The notes: generated by a model not told the origin, from the sequence alone. A stretch of 64,000 bases of DNA from Zancudomyces culisetae HAW-14-8 (GCA_052426225.1 JBNJNM010000007.1:992001-1056000); one strand, 5' to 3'; positions 21,269-34,054 are shown, counted from the first letter of the stretch. Made by a program: numbers and translations.

Positions 21269-24235
21269 TTTTTTCTCGGATTCTCTTGAAATTTATTCCT
21301 TTTTCCTTTTTCTTTTATTACTCTCTAATCTATCTGTACTTCTACCTATTTTGTTATTATGTCCCTTTTCTTTTACTTTTACTTTTACTTTTTCGTTTTG
21401 TTGTCCTCCCCTTGAAAAGTTGCTGAATTCCACGAAATTATCTTGACCCTACTTTACCACTTTTATTATATTTCTTGTTCTTTATTGTCCACTTTTTATT
21501 TTTTATTTCGATATAAAATTTTTTATGTATTTGGTACTTTACTTTTACTGCAAAAAAAATAAGGTAAAAGAAAATAATGTGAAAACCTTCGTCCTATCCC
21601 ACCCTTCCTTTCCTCTTCTTTAATGGCAATTTTTTGTTAATTTGGAGAAAATCTTGTGGTAAATTGCCTTGCTTTTACCTTATTATTTTTTTTGTAATTT
21701 ATCCCATCCCATCCCATCCCATCACATCTCAATCCTATCAAAATTCATTTATTCGCGAATTTTTTTTTCTGGCGAATTTATTAAAGTTTAAATTGGTAAA
21801 ATAAAAAATAATTCTTAAAATAAAGTGAACGCAATAACTTTGCTTCAATACCATAGCATACATTGTTTTCTTTGTGCCTTTCCTTTTTGTTTTTGTTTTT
21901 CTTTTTCTTTTCCTTTCTAAATCATATTCATAAAATTTGCCAGGTGATTTTTTTTATTAGCGCAAAAATTCATACTTGTTCAAATGGTAATTTACTTTTA
22001 TAATTACACCATCGAAAAACGTAAATATTATATTATTTTTACTTTTTATTTTGTCTTTATGACATAAATTCCCCTTTCTACTCCTTCCCCTTCCACATTT
22101 CTCTTCTCTTTGACGTTTTTTTTTCCATACATCTTTAATTTATCTCTAATTATGTTTACATCGCCTAAAAGGTCCATCATGCAATCTATCTTTTCGCAAC
22201 ATCCAATCCTCATCTTTTCTTTTCCAGTTTCAAAAAAAATTTCCTCTAGTATGAAATTAAACCCGCTATATAAATCCCCTTTTGCTAGCATATGCCTCAA
22301 TTATGTTATACACTTCCCCTTATACTCCAGATAAAACTTTAATGTCTGGCAATGCAAAACTAAAATAAAAATATGGTGACACATGATAATTAAACAAGAA
22401 AAAAGGGTTCACGTTCCTCCATCTCTCCGTCCCTTCATCGCACCATCCCTCCACCGCACCACCGCACCATCGCACCATCATACTTCTTCCTCTCTCTCTC
22501 TCTATCTTCACCTCTCACGGATTTAATGGAATTTTTAATGCATTTTTCCTTTTCTTTTTTATGATTATTTTTATGATTATGTTTATGATTAGGTAATTGT
22601 TCTCAATTGCTGCAAAGAACACGCCATTGCTGTATTCTTACACTCTTGAATCTTATTATATCATCGAATACCACTTTCCTCCTTTTCTACCCTTCTCTTC
22701 TCCTCATCTCTACCTTATTGGCTTTTTATTATTTCTTTGAAAATCCCTAATCCTTAAACAGTTTAAAAGAAAAGAAAATTGCACAGTTGATCTGATTTGC
22801 AAGCCAAACATTAATTTACTCGAGATTTTCGTTCTTCCAAGTTTTTATCTGGACAGAAATGTATTTTTATTTCACAACTCAAATCGTCAAATAAAATCAG
22901 GAAAATTAAAACATTTAAAAATTAAATAAAAATTAAAACTAAATAAAAATAAAGTAAAAGTAAAAAATTTAAATATTAAAAAAACCTCCCCCCTGGTACA
23001 TTTTAGGAAATTCAAAAAGTGAATCGTCACTTTCCTCAACCTCTTCCTCTACTACTTCACCAATTTCTCTCCCTCAAATCTTTAATTTCCATATATACTC
23101 TTTATTCTATTTAAAAATTAATTTTGCACCATTTTCATAAGCTAAATTTTCTCTAAAGCAAATTTACCACTAGTAAATGCCAAAAGCAGAAACCTAAAAA
23201 TAAAACAGCACCAGGAAAATTGTATGTGAATACATTGAAATATCCCTTGTATTAGGCCTTATTCAAATACCCACTTTACCTCACCAAACCTTACCTTTCC
23301 ACGATTTATTTTGTCGCTGCATCACACACCAATGCATTCCTATGAATATCCCGACTTTTTTCTAGCATTTCGCAATCCTAGCTTTCAAAATACTTTGGTT
23401 TTGAAACACCCTTATATTATTTTTTCCACCTTATTCCTTTTACATCAGTTTGATGCTAGATCCGAACTTCCTCTTTGGTAAAAAAAAATACAAAAAATAC
23501 AAAAAATACAAAAAAAGAATCAACACTAGCTGGGCGAATGAGTCCCACTTTATAAATTCAAAAAATATTTTCTCGTAGTACCTGTATTACGTCTCACAAA
23601 TTACAAAAATGTGCTTTATTCTGATACCAATTTACCCACACAGCTGACTCATAATACGTCCATCAATAAAGCCTAATCGACTGGGGTACCCACCAGTTGG
23701 TTTATTGATATTTTATCCACCGCTCTCCGCTTTCCATCCTTCCCTCCCGCCCTAACTCTGGTGTAGAATTTTTAATTTTACCTTTACTAGTTATTGCTGC
23801 TAAATACCACATACTTTCACAGTTAAATAAATTAAATGTTTTTTAAACCTAACAAAGCTTGATAGAATTGCGATACACAAACATCTCACCACCACCACCT
23901 GCAAGTTAATACGATACTGGGTCTACCCTAATCTCTCTCTCTCTCTTTCATTCCTCCATTTTTTTTTGTATGTTTCAAAATTGGATTCAACCAAACTTAG
24001 TTATAAATTAAAAATACTTTTTTTTTGTAGCTGCAATGAGGCTTAGCATAGCTGTGATATTTACTCTTTTAAAATAAATTAAAAAAAGTATTCATATTGG
24101 TAGAAACCACAACATGATCTAATAAAATACAATATGTCAAAGTGAGAACGAGCCCATGTGAACACAAAGTAACCCAACACTTTGAATGACTGTATTTTAC
24201 TGTTGACAATTTACATCTCCATCTATTTGGATACA

Positions 24236-24270
<35 letters not shown>
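24236..24270. repeat. (CAT)n microsatellite
   Basis: About 11 tandem CAT units. Confidence 0.9.
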
Positions 24271-26114
24271 GCATAATCATCATAATAATAATAGCCAACC
24301 ATACTCACTTAATCAGTGATTCTCAATATAAGATTGTTTTTTTTTCTCGGCTTCTTTTCACGTGTAGACCATAAAAATATGTATAGGTATTATACTAAGT
24401 TCAGAACGATTACCCCAATACTTTTTTTTTCTGTCCACCTTCTATTTGTGAATTCTAACAAATATGTGAGTGATTCATGTCAAGTTTTATTAGCCTGATT
24501 CTTTTGCAACCTTTTATTCACTAGATCAGAATATTTTCTTGTACTGTCCATATTTACTATCCATTCAGTCACACGTTCTTCACAAAGTAGTTAAAAGTAT
24601 TCAAAAATATTCTTTACAGTAAAAGTAGCCAGAGTATATTTATTGCTTTGGCTTGTTTACATAGTTTTTATTGTCAAAATAATATAGTAATGAACTAAGG
24701 CAAATATTTTAGTGAGTACATTGAGGAGGAGGGTGAGAGTGAGGGTGAAAGCGCAGAGCTGTGAATCAACTTTTAGCGTATCCTTTCTTTTGTACTTTGT
24801 TCTACATTTTTCTATACATATATAAAAAAGCTCCATACAAGCAGGAATCATTTTATTATACACAATAAGGTACTAATAACTTTATTGTGAAACATTTAAC
24901 TATAGCCTGTTTTTTTTTGTTTTACTTTTCAAAAACATTCAAGATACTTAATTATCTGCCCATATCATTTTATCATTATATTGTTATAGTGATTTTTATT
25001 TTAACCTGCAAAAAAGCTCCAACAAGGTAATTGCACGAAATATATAGACACATAAAATCTTTAATGAGCTTTTCAGCGCCTCAACCTTTTACCCATGGCC
25101 GTAAAATGATGGAATGTAATGTTTTAATTTCACATTTTTTTAAATGGAAAATATGATTAAGCACCAGAATCCTATTGCATGTATATATTCTTTCTTTTAT
25201 TTGTTAGATAGATCAATATTCTGCAAAATGATGGTTGTAAACTGATTTATCAAATAATAACAGCCAAAAGATGATGATGTGATAATATAATATTATAATG
25301 ATACGATGAAACGATAGTACGATGTTTGGAATGTTTGTTCAGTTTACTAACTGAGCAAGGTGGTCCGTTAAAAAATTCAAATCACGTCATATGGCTAAGG
25401 TCTGTTCTTTTGCATTCCGTAGACCTGTTGTCTAGAGAAAAAAAGCGGAGTAAATAAACTTGGCTTTTTCTTCTAAATAAGGCAAATTGCTGATGTCATT
25501 AAAACTGCGAAGCTGTGAAAGTAGCAAAAAATGCTCATGGAACCAAATATTAAACAGCCTGTCGAATTTTAAACCGGGTTTGATAAAGACCCATCCTTTA
25601 TTTTATTTAAACCTATTTTATTTTATTAGAATTAAGCCTGTCAAATAGAAACATAATAAAATGATAATTAGGTGGAAATTAACAATCGGCGAAATGATGG
25701 TTAGCTTAGGTTAAATTTTAAAAAGCCAATGAATAACTTCTTGGCTAAAATTCGACAATTCCATCAGCGTTCTAGGCCAGTTATTTTAGCACATCTTCAT
25801 ACAAAGGCCAAAGTGGATATAGAAAAAAAAACCTTCATAAACTCCAATGTCTCTTTAATTATAAAAAAAAAAAGATTTGCTTCATCAAAAAAAGCTCGAG
25901 TCTATTAGCAATGAAATTAACATTGAAATGTACATAGCATCGTTTGTAAATCACATTCCATAAACATACATCAAATTGCTATCTTCATTTTGCACATCAT
26001 TATAGCGAGTATTTAAAAAGCAAGCTTCCTAGAAAACAATTAGAACTCAAACACAAGTCAGGATTAGCTCCGGACCTACATATTCATAAAAATAGTACAG
26101 TACTTAGAGAAAAA

Positions 26115-27521
26115 ATGGAAAGGGGTACGATCGATAAAAATTTCTACGTCCTGAAATTGCCACCCTTGGCACAAGATAGAAAAGAAAAGGATAGGAAAAC
26201 TAAATTACCATCGTTTGTAAGTATGGGTTTAAATAAAAATTTTGAAGAACTGCGCTTCTGTCGGCAATGTCTCAAGGATTTTATGGTAAAGATCAGGCAA
26301 CAACTTACATTTTCACCTGAAGTGTTTTCTAGAGCCCTAAGGAATGAAATTTCTGAGAACTACAAAGGGGGGCTTGATAAGGTTAAAAATAAGACCAGCA
26401 AAAGCGATCATGAAAGATATATTCAGCAGGTGGAGGATAGTGCACATTCCCTAGAAATTTCCGGCTCTCCCTCAGCAGAACTCGAGAACGAGAACGAAAA
26501 CGAAAACGGATTGAACAAACAGGAGAAAACTGTAAACATACATATAAATAATAAGGGAAACAGCAAACCAAACCACACAAAATTGCAAACAGACGAGGAA
26601 AAAGAACAACAATGCTTTTGGCAAGCCTGTACAGAAAAATTTGCTACAATCGAAGGACTATTGATGCACTTATACAGGCTACATGTAAGTGAAGGTACAA
26701 ATGTCATATCTGACAGCGGAGGATCAGGAACTCTCGAGCTAATTTCCAAGATTGTCAGTGGTATTGGAGATGTGCAGGTAATGGATGTAGAAGAGGATAG
26801 GGATATAGAAAAAACCGATACAAAAAAGATGCAATGTAAGTGGACCAGGTGCAGCGAGTCCAAAAACAGTACATTGAGTTTGATAAAACATGTACTGAAT
26901 GAGCATGTAGAACATGAAACATACAGTTGTTGTTGGGAACACTGCAACCAAGAATATTTAACGCGCGATCTTTTGACAACACATATTTCCAACGCCCATA
27001 TTGGCTCTGGATTGAAAGAATATATCTGTAAGTGGGAAAACTGTACGCGACAGGGTAAATCTTTTACGCAGCGCCAACGCGCTGTTAGGCATATCCAAAT
27101 GCATACTGGCTACAAACCTTACGTTTGTGAGAGTTGCGACAAGCGCTTTTTAGAGCTTCACATCAAAGATCAACATGTACGAACACATACTGGCGAACGC
27201 CCATATATATGCGATGTGACCAGCTGTCAAAAGCGATTTACTTCATCTGGTGCTCTGAAAATACACAAGCGTACTCATACTGGCGAGCGCCCATATGCTT
27301 GTAAATACCCTGGCTGTAGAAAGAGCTTTGCTGAGTCCTCTAATTTAGCTAAACACTCTCGTACCCACTCTGGTGAGAAACCTTTCCCTTGCAAACAGAC
27401 TGACTGCTCCAAGGCGTTTTCCAGGTCAGATCAACTTTCTAGACACCTAAAAGTCCACTCTATTGAAAATGCCCTTTGTGGGACTGAAGGTCCTAAAAAA
27501 CGCTTTAGAGCTGGTGACTAG
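26115..27521 (+). CDS. Multi-C2H2 zinc-finger transcription factor, Zap1/ZafA-like
   Basis: Several CxWxxC fingers, then FTQRQRAVRHIQMHTGYKPYVC (Zap1-type) and canonical HTGERPY-linked fingers. Confidence 0.85.
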   Translation: MERGTIDKNFYVLKLPPLAQDRKEKDRKTKLPSFVSMGLNKNFEELRFCRQCLKDFMVKIRQQLTFSPEVFSRALRNEISENYKGGLDKVKNKTSKSDHERYIQQVEDSAHSLEISGSPSAELENENENENGLNKQEKTVNIHINNKGNSKPNHTKLQTDEEKEQQCFWQACTEKFATIEGLLMHLYRLHVSEGTNVISDSGGSGTLELISKIVSGIGDVQVMDVEEDRDIEKTDTKKMQCKWTRCSESKNSTLSLIKHVLNEHVEHETYSCCWEHCNQEYLTRDLLTTHISNAHIGSGLKEYICKWENCTRQGKSFTQRQRAVRHIQMHTGYKPYVCESCDKRFLELHIKDQHVRTHTGERPYICDVTSCQKRFTSSGALKIHKRTHTGERPYACKYPGCRKSFAESSNLAKHSRTHSGEKPFPCKQTDCSKAFSRSDQLSRHLKVHSIENALCGTEGPKKRFRAGD

Positions 27522-28802
27522 TATCACTCCTGACTTTTTTTGAGTACTATTTGGATGAGTATGTATTGGTACTTAACTTTTACCATGTTTTATTTTTTTT
27601 TCTGGTATTCCCATACTTATTTCATAGATTTAAATCCTTTTGGATTTGAAAAAAAGTTCATTTATAAACCGAACTTGAAATAAAAAGAAAGCGTCAGCGC
27701 TAGATGTATCACCGGCCCCAATGCAGGATTTCGATTTCGGTTTCTGTTTCTGTTTCTTTTGCGGTTTTATCTTTTCAAAAGTCGCTTTGTCATTAAATTG
27801 CTGAGATGTACCTGTACATCATCGCCACTCCTTTGAATTGTTTACAATAGGCTCAATATGAAGGGGGTGTATGTTGCTCATTTTGGGTTATTTAGGAAAT
27901 CACGGCTTGTTTTGAACTTGAGCCAATGGTAGCAAAAGTTTAAGCGCTTAAAAAAATAATTTCCATTTAGAAATAGGAAGAATGTTGTGGCCTCTGCGAC
28001 TGGCTGGTAGGGTTTAGTAAGAATTGTATGTGTGTTGATATGAATTGTAGTAGTCTGAGTGTTTTCACCTCCTGTAGGTTCTGTAAAAACTGTATTTTCG
28101 CATACGATGAATGGGTATAGTTTTGCTACAGAGTGGTATTTCAATATACAACCAAATTGAGGAGGGGGGGTTTGTTTTTTTTTTTTGCAAGGTAATTTTA
28201 AAGAGTAGTGAAGGAAAAGTACGTTTTTGGGTTTCCGTTAAAATTTAATATTCGTGGCACCAATCACGACGAGTTGTAATACCTTTTTTTTATTTATTTT
28301 TTGCTTTTATTAATTTGTCTCAGCTAAAAAAATAATAATAATAAAAAGGGCTGGGATTTAAATAGGTTTACTTAACAATCACTTGCTCCTCAAGAAATAT
28401 ATACAACAATAAGCAAGAAAACAAGGCAAAAAATAACAGGAAAAGCCTGTACTAGTTCAACTTTTCTATATATTTGGTTTCAAAAAGTAGTTAAAGAAAG
28501 CGATTGAACAAGGAGGTAAGAGCTTGGACCATTTTTCCATTGATGTAAAACACTATCGTTTTTGCCCACTAAGGGGCGAAAACCTTAGAAATGAGGAGCA
28601 TTGCGTTACTGCTCATCAAGTAGAAAAGCGGTTAATAATACGCAGTTTACCTTACTATTAGCTGTAAAAATATTTGACATTTGATTTCCTGATGCATATA
28701 TTTATTTGTATCAACATATTAACAAGGCTTTAAATACCTCAGTGTAGAAAAGGCGCATAAGCATCAACATAACAGGGAAATACCTAGTAGTAAACAGAAA
28801 AA

Positions 28803-29793
28803 ATGAATTTATTCAGATTGTGTGCAGATTTGCTCCATTTAATTTCCTTTGTGGTATTAATCGCAAAGATGAAGAAAACGAATTCCTGCAATGGTAAGTG
28901 ATAGCTCCTTAAAAAACATATTCAAGCTTATTCAAATTAGAGTTCACACCGACCGAGTGGTACCTTTTGAAATGAACAACTTGTATATTCGAACATTGGC
29001 TAATCCGTGTACTAACTGTTTCCACCATTATCACCACACCCATTAGGAATATCGTTGAAAACACAAATCCTGTACTTAGTAGTCTTTGTAACCAGATATT
29101 TGGATCTTTTTACAAAATTCATCTCACTCTACAACACAACAATGAAGGTCATTTTCATTGCCTGCACAGCGTATATCATATATATTATGTATAAACCTTT
29201 AAAATTAAGCTACGATTCTGCAAACGACTCGTTCAGAGTGGAGTTTTTGCTTGTTGGAGCTGCAATTTTTGCACTGGTTTTCCCCGATGAATACACAGTT
29301 TTGGGAGTAAGTTCATAAAAATGTATACATTTATGAGTGTATTTTAAAAGTGTGTAGAACAGTACACTAATCTATAATTACTTGGATATTTAAATAGATT
29401 CTATGGTCTTTCTCTATTTATCTCGAATCTGTTGCCATAATGCCACAGCTATTTTTGACCCAACGCACTGGTGAAGCTGACGTGATTACCAGTCATTACA
29501 TTTTTGCTCTAGGAGGTTACAGAGCACTGTATTTGCTTAATTGGGTATACCGCTTTTATACTGAGGGCTATGTGGACTATATTGCGTGGCTTGCAGGCCT
29601 GGTCCAAACAGTTCTTTACGCCGACTTTTTCTACATTTACTTTACAAGGTACCATCGCTTTTCTCTATTTATTTTTTATTCTCACTCTAGTATAATTTGT
29701 TCCGGTATTTCATCGGCTTCTCTAACATCTGTGTTTACATTCGTTATAATCTATAGGGTCATCAAAGGGAAAAAGTTCAAGCTACCTGTCTAA
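28803..29793 (+). CDS. ERD2: ER lumen protein-retaining (HDEL/KDEL) receptor; exons 28803-28893, 29047-29306, 29398-29648, 29757-29793
   Basis: Spliced product [13 protein letters not shown]...[20 protein letters not shown]...[18 protein letters not shown]...YRALYLLNW...LYADFFYIY...KFKLPV; all introns GT-AG with CTAAC/CTAAT. Confidence 0.96.
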
Positions 29794-31431
29794 CTTCATC
29801 TTTTAGCTAACATTTACTTTTTTTTTTCCGATCTTTGTGTTTAGTCCTTTTTTTTAAAGAGCGGATAAACTTATACAATAAAACCTCAACTATTTAAAAA
29901 ACGGAAACTAGAGCAATACTTTGGTTTGCATATATTTCAATCTAGTTCAAAAAAAAAAGCTCTTAATGATGACTTGTATTGTTTGACAAGTGCGTGCATC
30001 ACCCGTAACTCCTTAAACTATTTGAAAAAGAAGGCTTGTTAATACCTGTGTAATTTGGGCCTGCTCTAATTTTTTAAAAAAAATAAAGCTGTATGACTCT
30101 ATTTAGTGTTCATATATTCATTATACGAGTATCTTTACATCCTGATAGTTGCATTTAACAATTATTAAACTTGTCTTGTTTTGTTGTTCATAATAATGAC
30201 TTATTGGTGTACTGACTAGCTAGGGTAGATAAATCACAGCAACACTGCTGAAGATATCATACAACACTGACTATGTTAAATATATACAAACGCCCTCCTC
30301 TCAAAGGACATGTAGTTTTGAACTTCTGTGTCAAACGTAATAAATGATAGGACTCTATGTACAACTATGACCACCCTCTTTTTATTAACATTGCATATTG
30401 TGGTTTTTGATCATTCTTCAACTTTTACCTTGAATATTTTTTGCTGTATTGTCTCTTATTTAAACGTACTACCCGTATGCCATATGTTGCATTGCTTTCA
30501 ACCCGTTTATGTGAGAGATGGCGCGCAGGAAATATTCGATCTACATAAATACATATATCCGTGCATGTACAAGACATTTAGAAATGCTTGATTCTTGTAC
30601 GTTTACAAATATTTTTCCCCAAACTTTGATGTTTTTATATGATTATACGCAGAAATCTGGTCTTAAGGGGTCCATTTTGTTTTTTACATGTCTTGGAAAG
30701 GAACTAGCCCTTCAACCTACATTCAGCAGTCATATATTTTTCTAGATGCTTGAAAACACGTTTTTGGTGCCAATATGTGGGTGCTAAAGTTTAGAAGCAT
30801 TGATCCCAGGGATGTTTCCCTAAAAATGATACCACTAAAAAAGCGTTGATTTGATAGGGCTTGTCCCATCTTTAACGTGTTAATTTCTTGCTCCTAATTT
30901 GCTGTGTTTTATCTTCGTGGATTATTTATTCACGTTTTTTTTTATGGCATCTGTCTGGCGGAAATTAACTAATAAACCCATTTCTATTTTTGCTAGATTT
31001 TTCCGTTTTCTTTGCAGTAAAACTCGCATTTATGAATGAAGTGAAGGGTAAACCTTGGAGAGTGGAGGACAGGAGAGGAGAAGGAATGTGAGAATATAGT
31101 TTTATAAAAAATATTATTAAATGAAAAAAAAATACCGAAACATATATATATTCTTTTTTGAGGAGTTGTGTGTAGAAAATAGGTAAAACAGGGATAGGGG
31201 CTATAGTTTCTGTTTATTTCAAACATTTGGCGATTTACACACATATCCGTCGCGGTTTTCGCACTATACTCCAACGGTTTGTGCTATTTACACATTCTTG
31301 AGTTTCACTTGGTCCATCTTTTTTAGGGATCTTTTCCCAAAAAGCTTCTATAGTAACACTACGAAAGCTAGCGCGCGGGCGAGCGATAGTAGGCGAATTG
31401 ATGTATAGGTATCAATATAGGGATATGAAGG

Positions 31432-32088
31432 ATGGGCAGTATAATAATGCTCCCTGACAACTATGACGAGGCAGATTTCCAATACCTTATAGAACTAGTC
31501 AGTAAGTAACTTCATCTTTAATAACTTCATTTTTACACTCGAATGCCTAGATTAGACGCTGAAAAAAGGGAACTTTTTAACGAAATAAAGGAAGGTGTAA
31601 TGCACAACTTGAGGATTAATATATTATGTAAATTTCAATATAGACGACGTATTAGTAACGGTAGTGAGTATGAACGATGCGATTTCCAATCAACTTAAAA
31701 CAGTAACGCGCTTTCATTCACAAATACACCAAACATTTCAATATCAGACTACCTAAAAAGAATAGTAAAATATGCCTCGCTTGAGCCTGTTTGCTATTAA
31801 TGGCACTGATATATGCTGATCGGGTGGCTGAGCGCGGAAGTGGGTTTATTTTATGCTCTCTTACTGTGCATAGGTTTCTTATCGCTGCAATAACTGTAGC
31901 AACAAAGGCATTTTGCGATGCATACTGCACAAATACACACTATGCTAAGTTGGCGGGGTATCTGCGAGGAGTTGGAGTTGCTAGAACTATCCATCATAGA
32001 CGCACTTGGTTGGGATCTAATGACTACTCAGGATAAACTTCAAAACTACTATCTAACATTGGTTGAGAATAATCCTAATTTGGCTTAA
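31432..32088 (+). pseudogene. PHO80/Pcl-family cyclin; exon 31432-31501, intron to 31643, exon 2 with four 1-nt deletions
   Basis: Reconstructed TRFHSQ.TPNISISDYLKRIVKYASLEPVC.LMALIYADRV...LTVHRFLIAAITVATKAFCDAYCTNTHYA.VGGVS.EELELLELSIIDALGWDL, requiring frame changes at ~31723, ~31794, ~31948 and ~31965. Confidence 0.85.
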
Positions 32089-33004
32089 ATCTAATTCTCG
32101 AAACACAATTTGGAAGAATATACAAATGAATGTCCTGAAAGCAACACACATTTACTGACAGAGAACCTAAACAAGAGGGCTTACATAGATGACACCCATG
32201 GTTGAATGAGTTATGCGTTTCACCCCTAGTTAGACTCTCCCCCTCCCCCCCCCCCCCCCTCATTTTTATCAACACATCCTCTGACTACGTTCCCGCTCAC
32301 TCCTTTTGATACCAGAGTTTACTATTTTAAGCATTCAATCCATCTTTTATAAAAAATCTGATCGAGGGTTTTTAAGTTGTTATATTATATAGACTTTTAT
32401 ATTGTATTATTCTTTACCACTATTCTATTACATTCTATTTTTTAGACTCTATTATTACTATTAGTCTTTTAGATGTACATTGGAAATTGAAATGGAGTTG
32501 TTTATATCCTATGCTTGATGATCTTCACTTCAACCCCTTTTCTCCATTTAGAAGCTTGGAATACAACTTTTTATCAAAGTATTTGCTCTTTTTTTGATAA
32601 ACTAGCTGTCAGTTTTAATGTGCTTTTTGAGATAATCAAGAGGGGTATAGATCATTGCCAATAACGTGATCGCAATGCCAACATATATTGGGCACAGTGT
32701 ATTGCGCTGAGGGGCTTTCATTCTGCGCATGCGCACGCGTCTTAGCTCAAGATGATTCCATATGGATATATGTTCATCAGTATTGTATATTGTGCGTGAA
32801 AATAGTCAAAACTCATCTTTATTTGTCTTTATTCGCCAATGCCCATCCCCATGCCTCTTCCCCAAATACTACGAAATACAACGATTAACTCGATAATATT
32901 TGCTGCTGGAGTTTGAATCGCCAAAACTGATGTTTTCACCAGCCAATTGCTTTAATGGATCCTATCAACCATTGAATTTAAAGAAAAAAGGAAATAAACA
33001 ATCA

Positions 33005-33056
33005 AGCAAATAAGCAAATAGGCAAATAAGCAAATAGGCAAATAAGCAAATAGGCA
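33005..33056. repeat. 8-bp tandem repeat (A/G)GCAAATA, about 6 copies
   Basis: Seen directly, upstream of the snoRNA host gene. Confidence 0.85.
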
Positions 33057-33384
33057 CTGAAACTGAAAAAAAATTTTTTTTTGAGAAAACTTTGCCTTGG
33101 TTGACGAATGGGATTTCTATAAATTTTTTTACTTTTGAGAGGGGTAAAAGCCAGAAACTGAAAATATTAACAAAAAAAAATTCTTGATTTATTTTTGCTT
33201 AGAAAATGTATATAAAACTCCTTCATTCCTCCTTTTTAACAATTGTATAGTATTGTTTGTATTTTTTAGTGAAATCATTTTTTTCATCTGTTAGAATGTG
33301 CTAATTCTCGGGGCTTCTGGGGAAAAGGTTAGTATAAGAATTTGTCGTTATGTCACACTTCCAGGGATGTGTTGAGGATAATTT

Positions 33385-33470
33385 TCCTTTTGATGATCCT
33401 TTTAATCGAATTTCAAACTAGAGTTTATGAACTTCTAAATAATATGATTATACTTTTAATCTGAAGAATT
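33385..33470 (+). ncRNA. snR78: Box C/D snoRNA, snR78-like
   Basis: C box TGATGA 33391; guide TCAAACTAGAGT, complementary to LSU rRNA ACUCUAGUUUGA, before D' ATGA 33427; C' TGATTA 33445; D box CTGA 33461. The D'+5 rule points to the equivalent of yeast 25S Um2421. Confidence 0.8.
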
Positions 33471-33676
33471 CACACATTTTACCATGGGAGTTTATTAGTA
33501 GAACACAATTGTATTATATTACTTTTATGCTAACTCATACGATCTTTATTATACAGTAGACTGCTGTTGGCCCATTTCGGTCAAATATTGTCTATCTTTT
33601 GGCTCCAGTGGACAAAGTCCGCTTTATCCCAGATTCGAGGTAAGATTTTCTATGATAATCAGGTGAACCATTTTTT

Positions 33677-33789
33677 CATATAACGATGACATCTAGATGA
33701 CGAGTCTGAAAATTTGGCAGTGATGTTTATTGCTGTCAAAAATATGTCGAGACTCATTTTATTTTCCATTCATGCAATTCTGAATATAT
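33677..33789 (+). ncRNA. snR75: Box C/D snoRNA, snR75-like
   Basis: C-like CGATGA 33684; guide TAGATGACGAG plus D' CTGA 33706 (pairs with LSU CUCGUCAUCUA, equivalent of yeast Gm2288); second element TCCATTCATGC (pairs with LSU GCAUGAAUGGA) before D box CTGA 33780; terminal ATATA/TATAT stem. Confidence 0.88.
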
Positions 33790-34054
33790 TTTTTTAACCG
33801 AGTCTTAAGCGGCTTCATTTGAATTGATTTAAACGAATATCATCTGTTATGATTTTAGGGTTTGCATTCAGTTCTGTATTATGTATTACTCTCGTTTTTT
33901 AGATTAAGATAGACCTCTTCTCAAGATTTTTTACTAGCAAATGTAGTTTTACAACGCCTATTTCTTCATCATATCTGGATTTGCTTTTATAGCATAAATA
34001 AAGTCAATATTTACAACGTACACCAAAGAAACAATAAAAATTGCAAATAACCTA

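Larger units (their letters stand above)
33218..33920 (+). ncRNA. Putative spliced non-coding snoRNA host transcript; introns 33328-33556 and 33640-~33858 (or 33902)
   Basis: TATATAAAA at ~33209; donor GTTAGT 33328, branch GCTAAC 33529, acceptor TACAG 33556; donor GTAAGA 33640; no meaningful ORF in the exons (ATG TGC TAA at 33296). Ends are approximate. Confidence 0.65.

Noticed and set aside
21269-26114. 4.8-kb gene-free divergent interval with short ORFs and a TGATGA..CTGA pair at ~25270-25354
   Set aside because: The ORFs are low-complexity; no rRNA-complementary guide or terminal stem was recognised.
30186-30276. snoRNA-like arrangement (TAATGA, several CTGA, CATA/TATG ends)
   Set aside because: Degenerate C box and no recognisable rRNA or snRNA complementarity.
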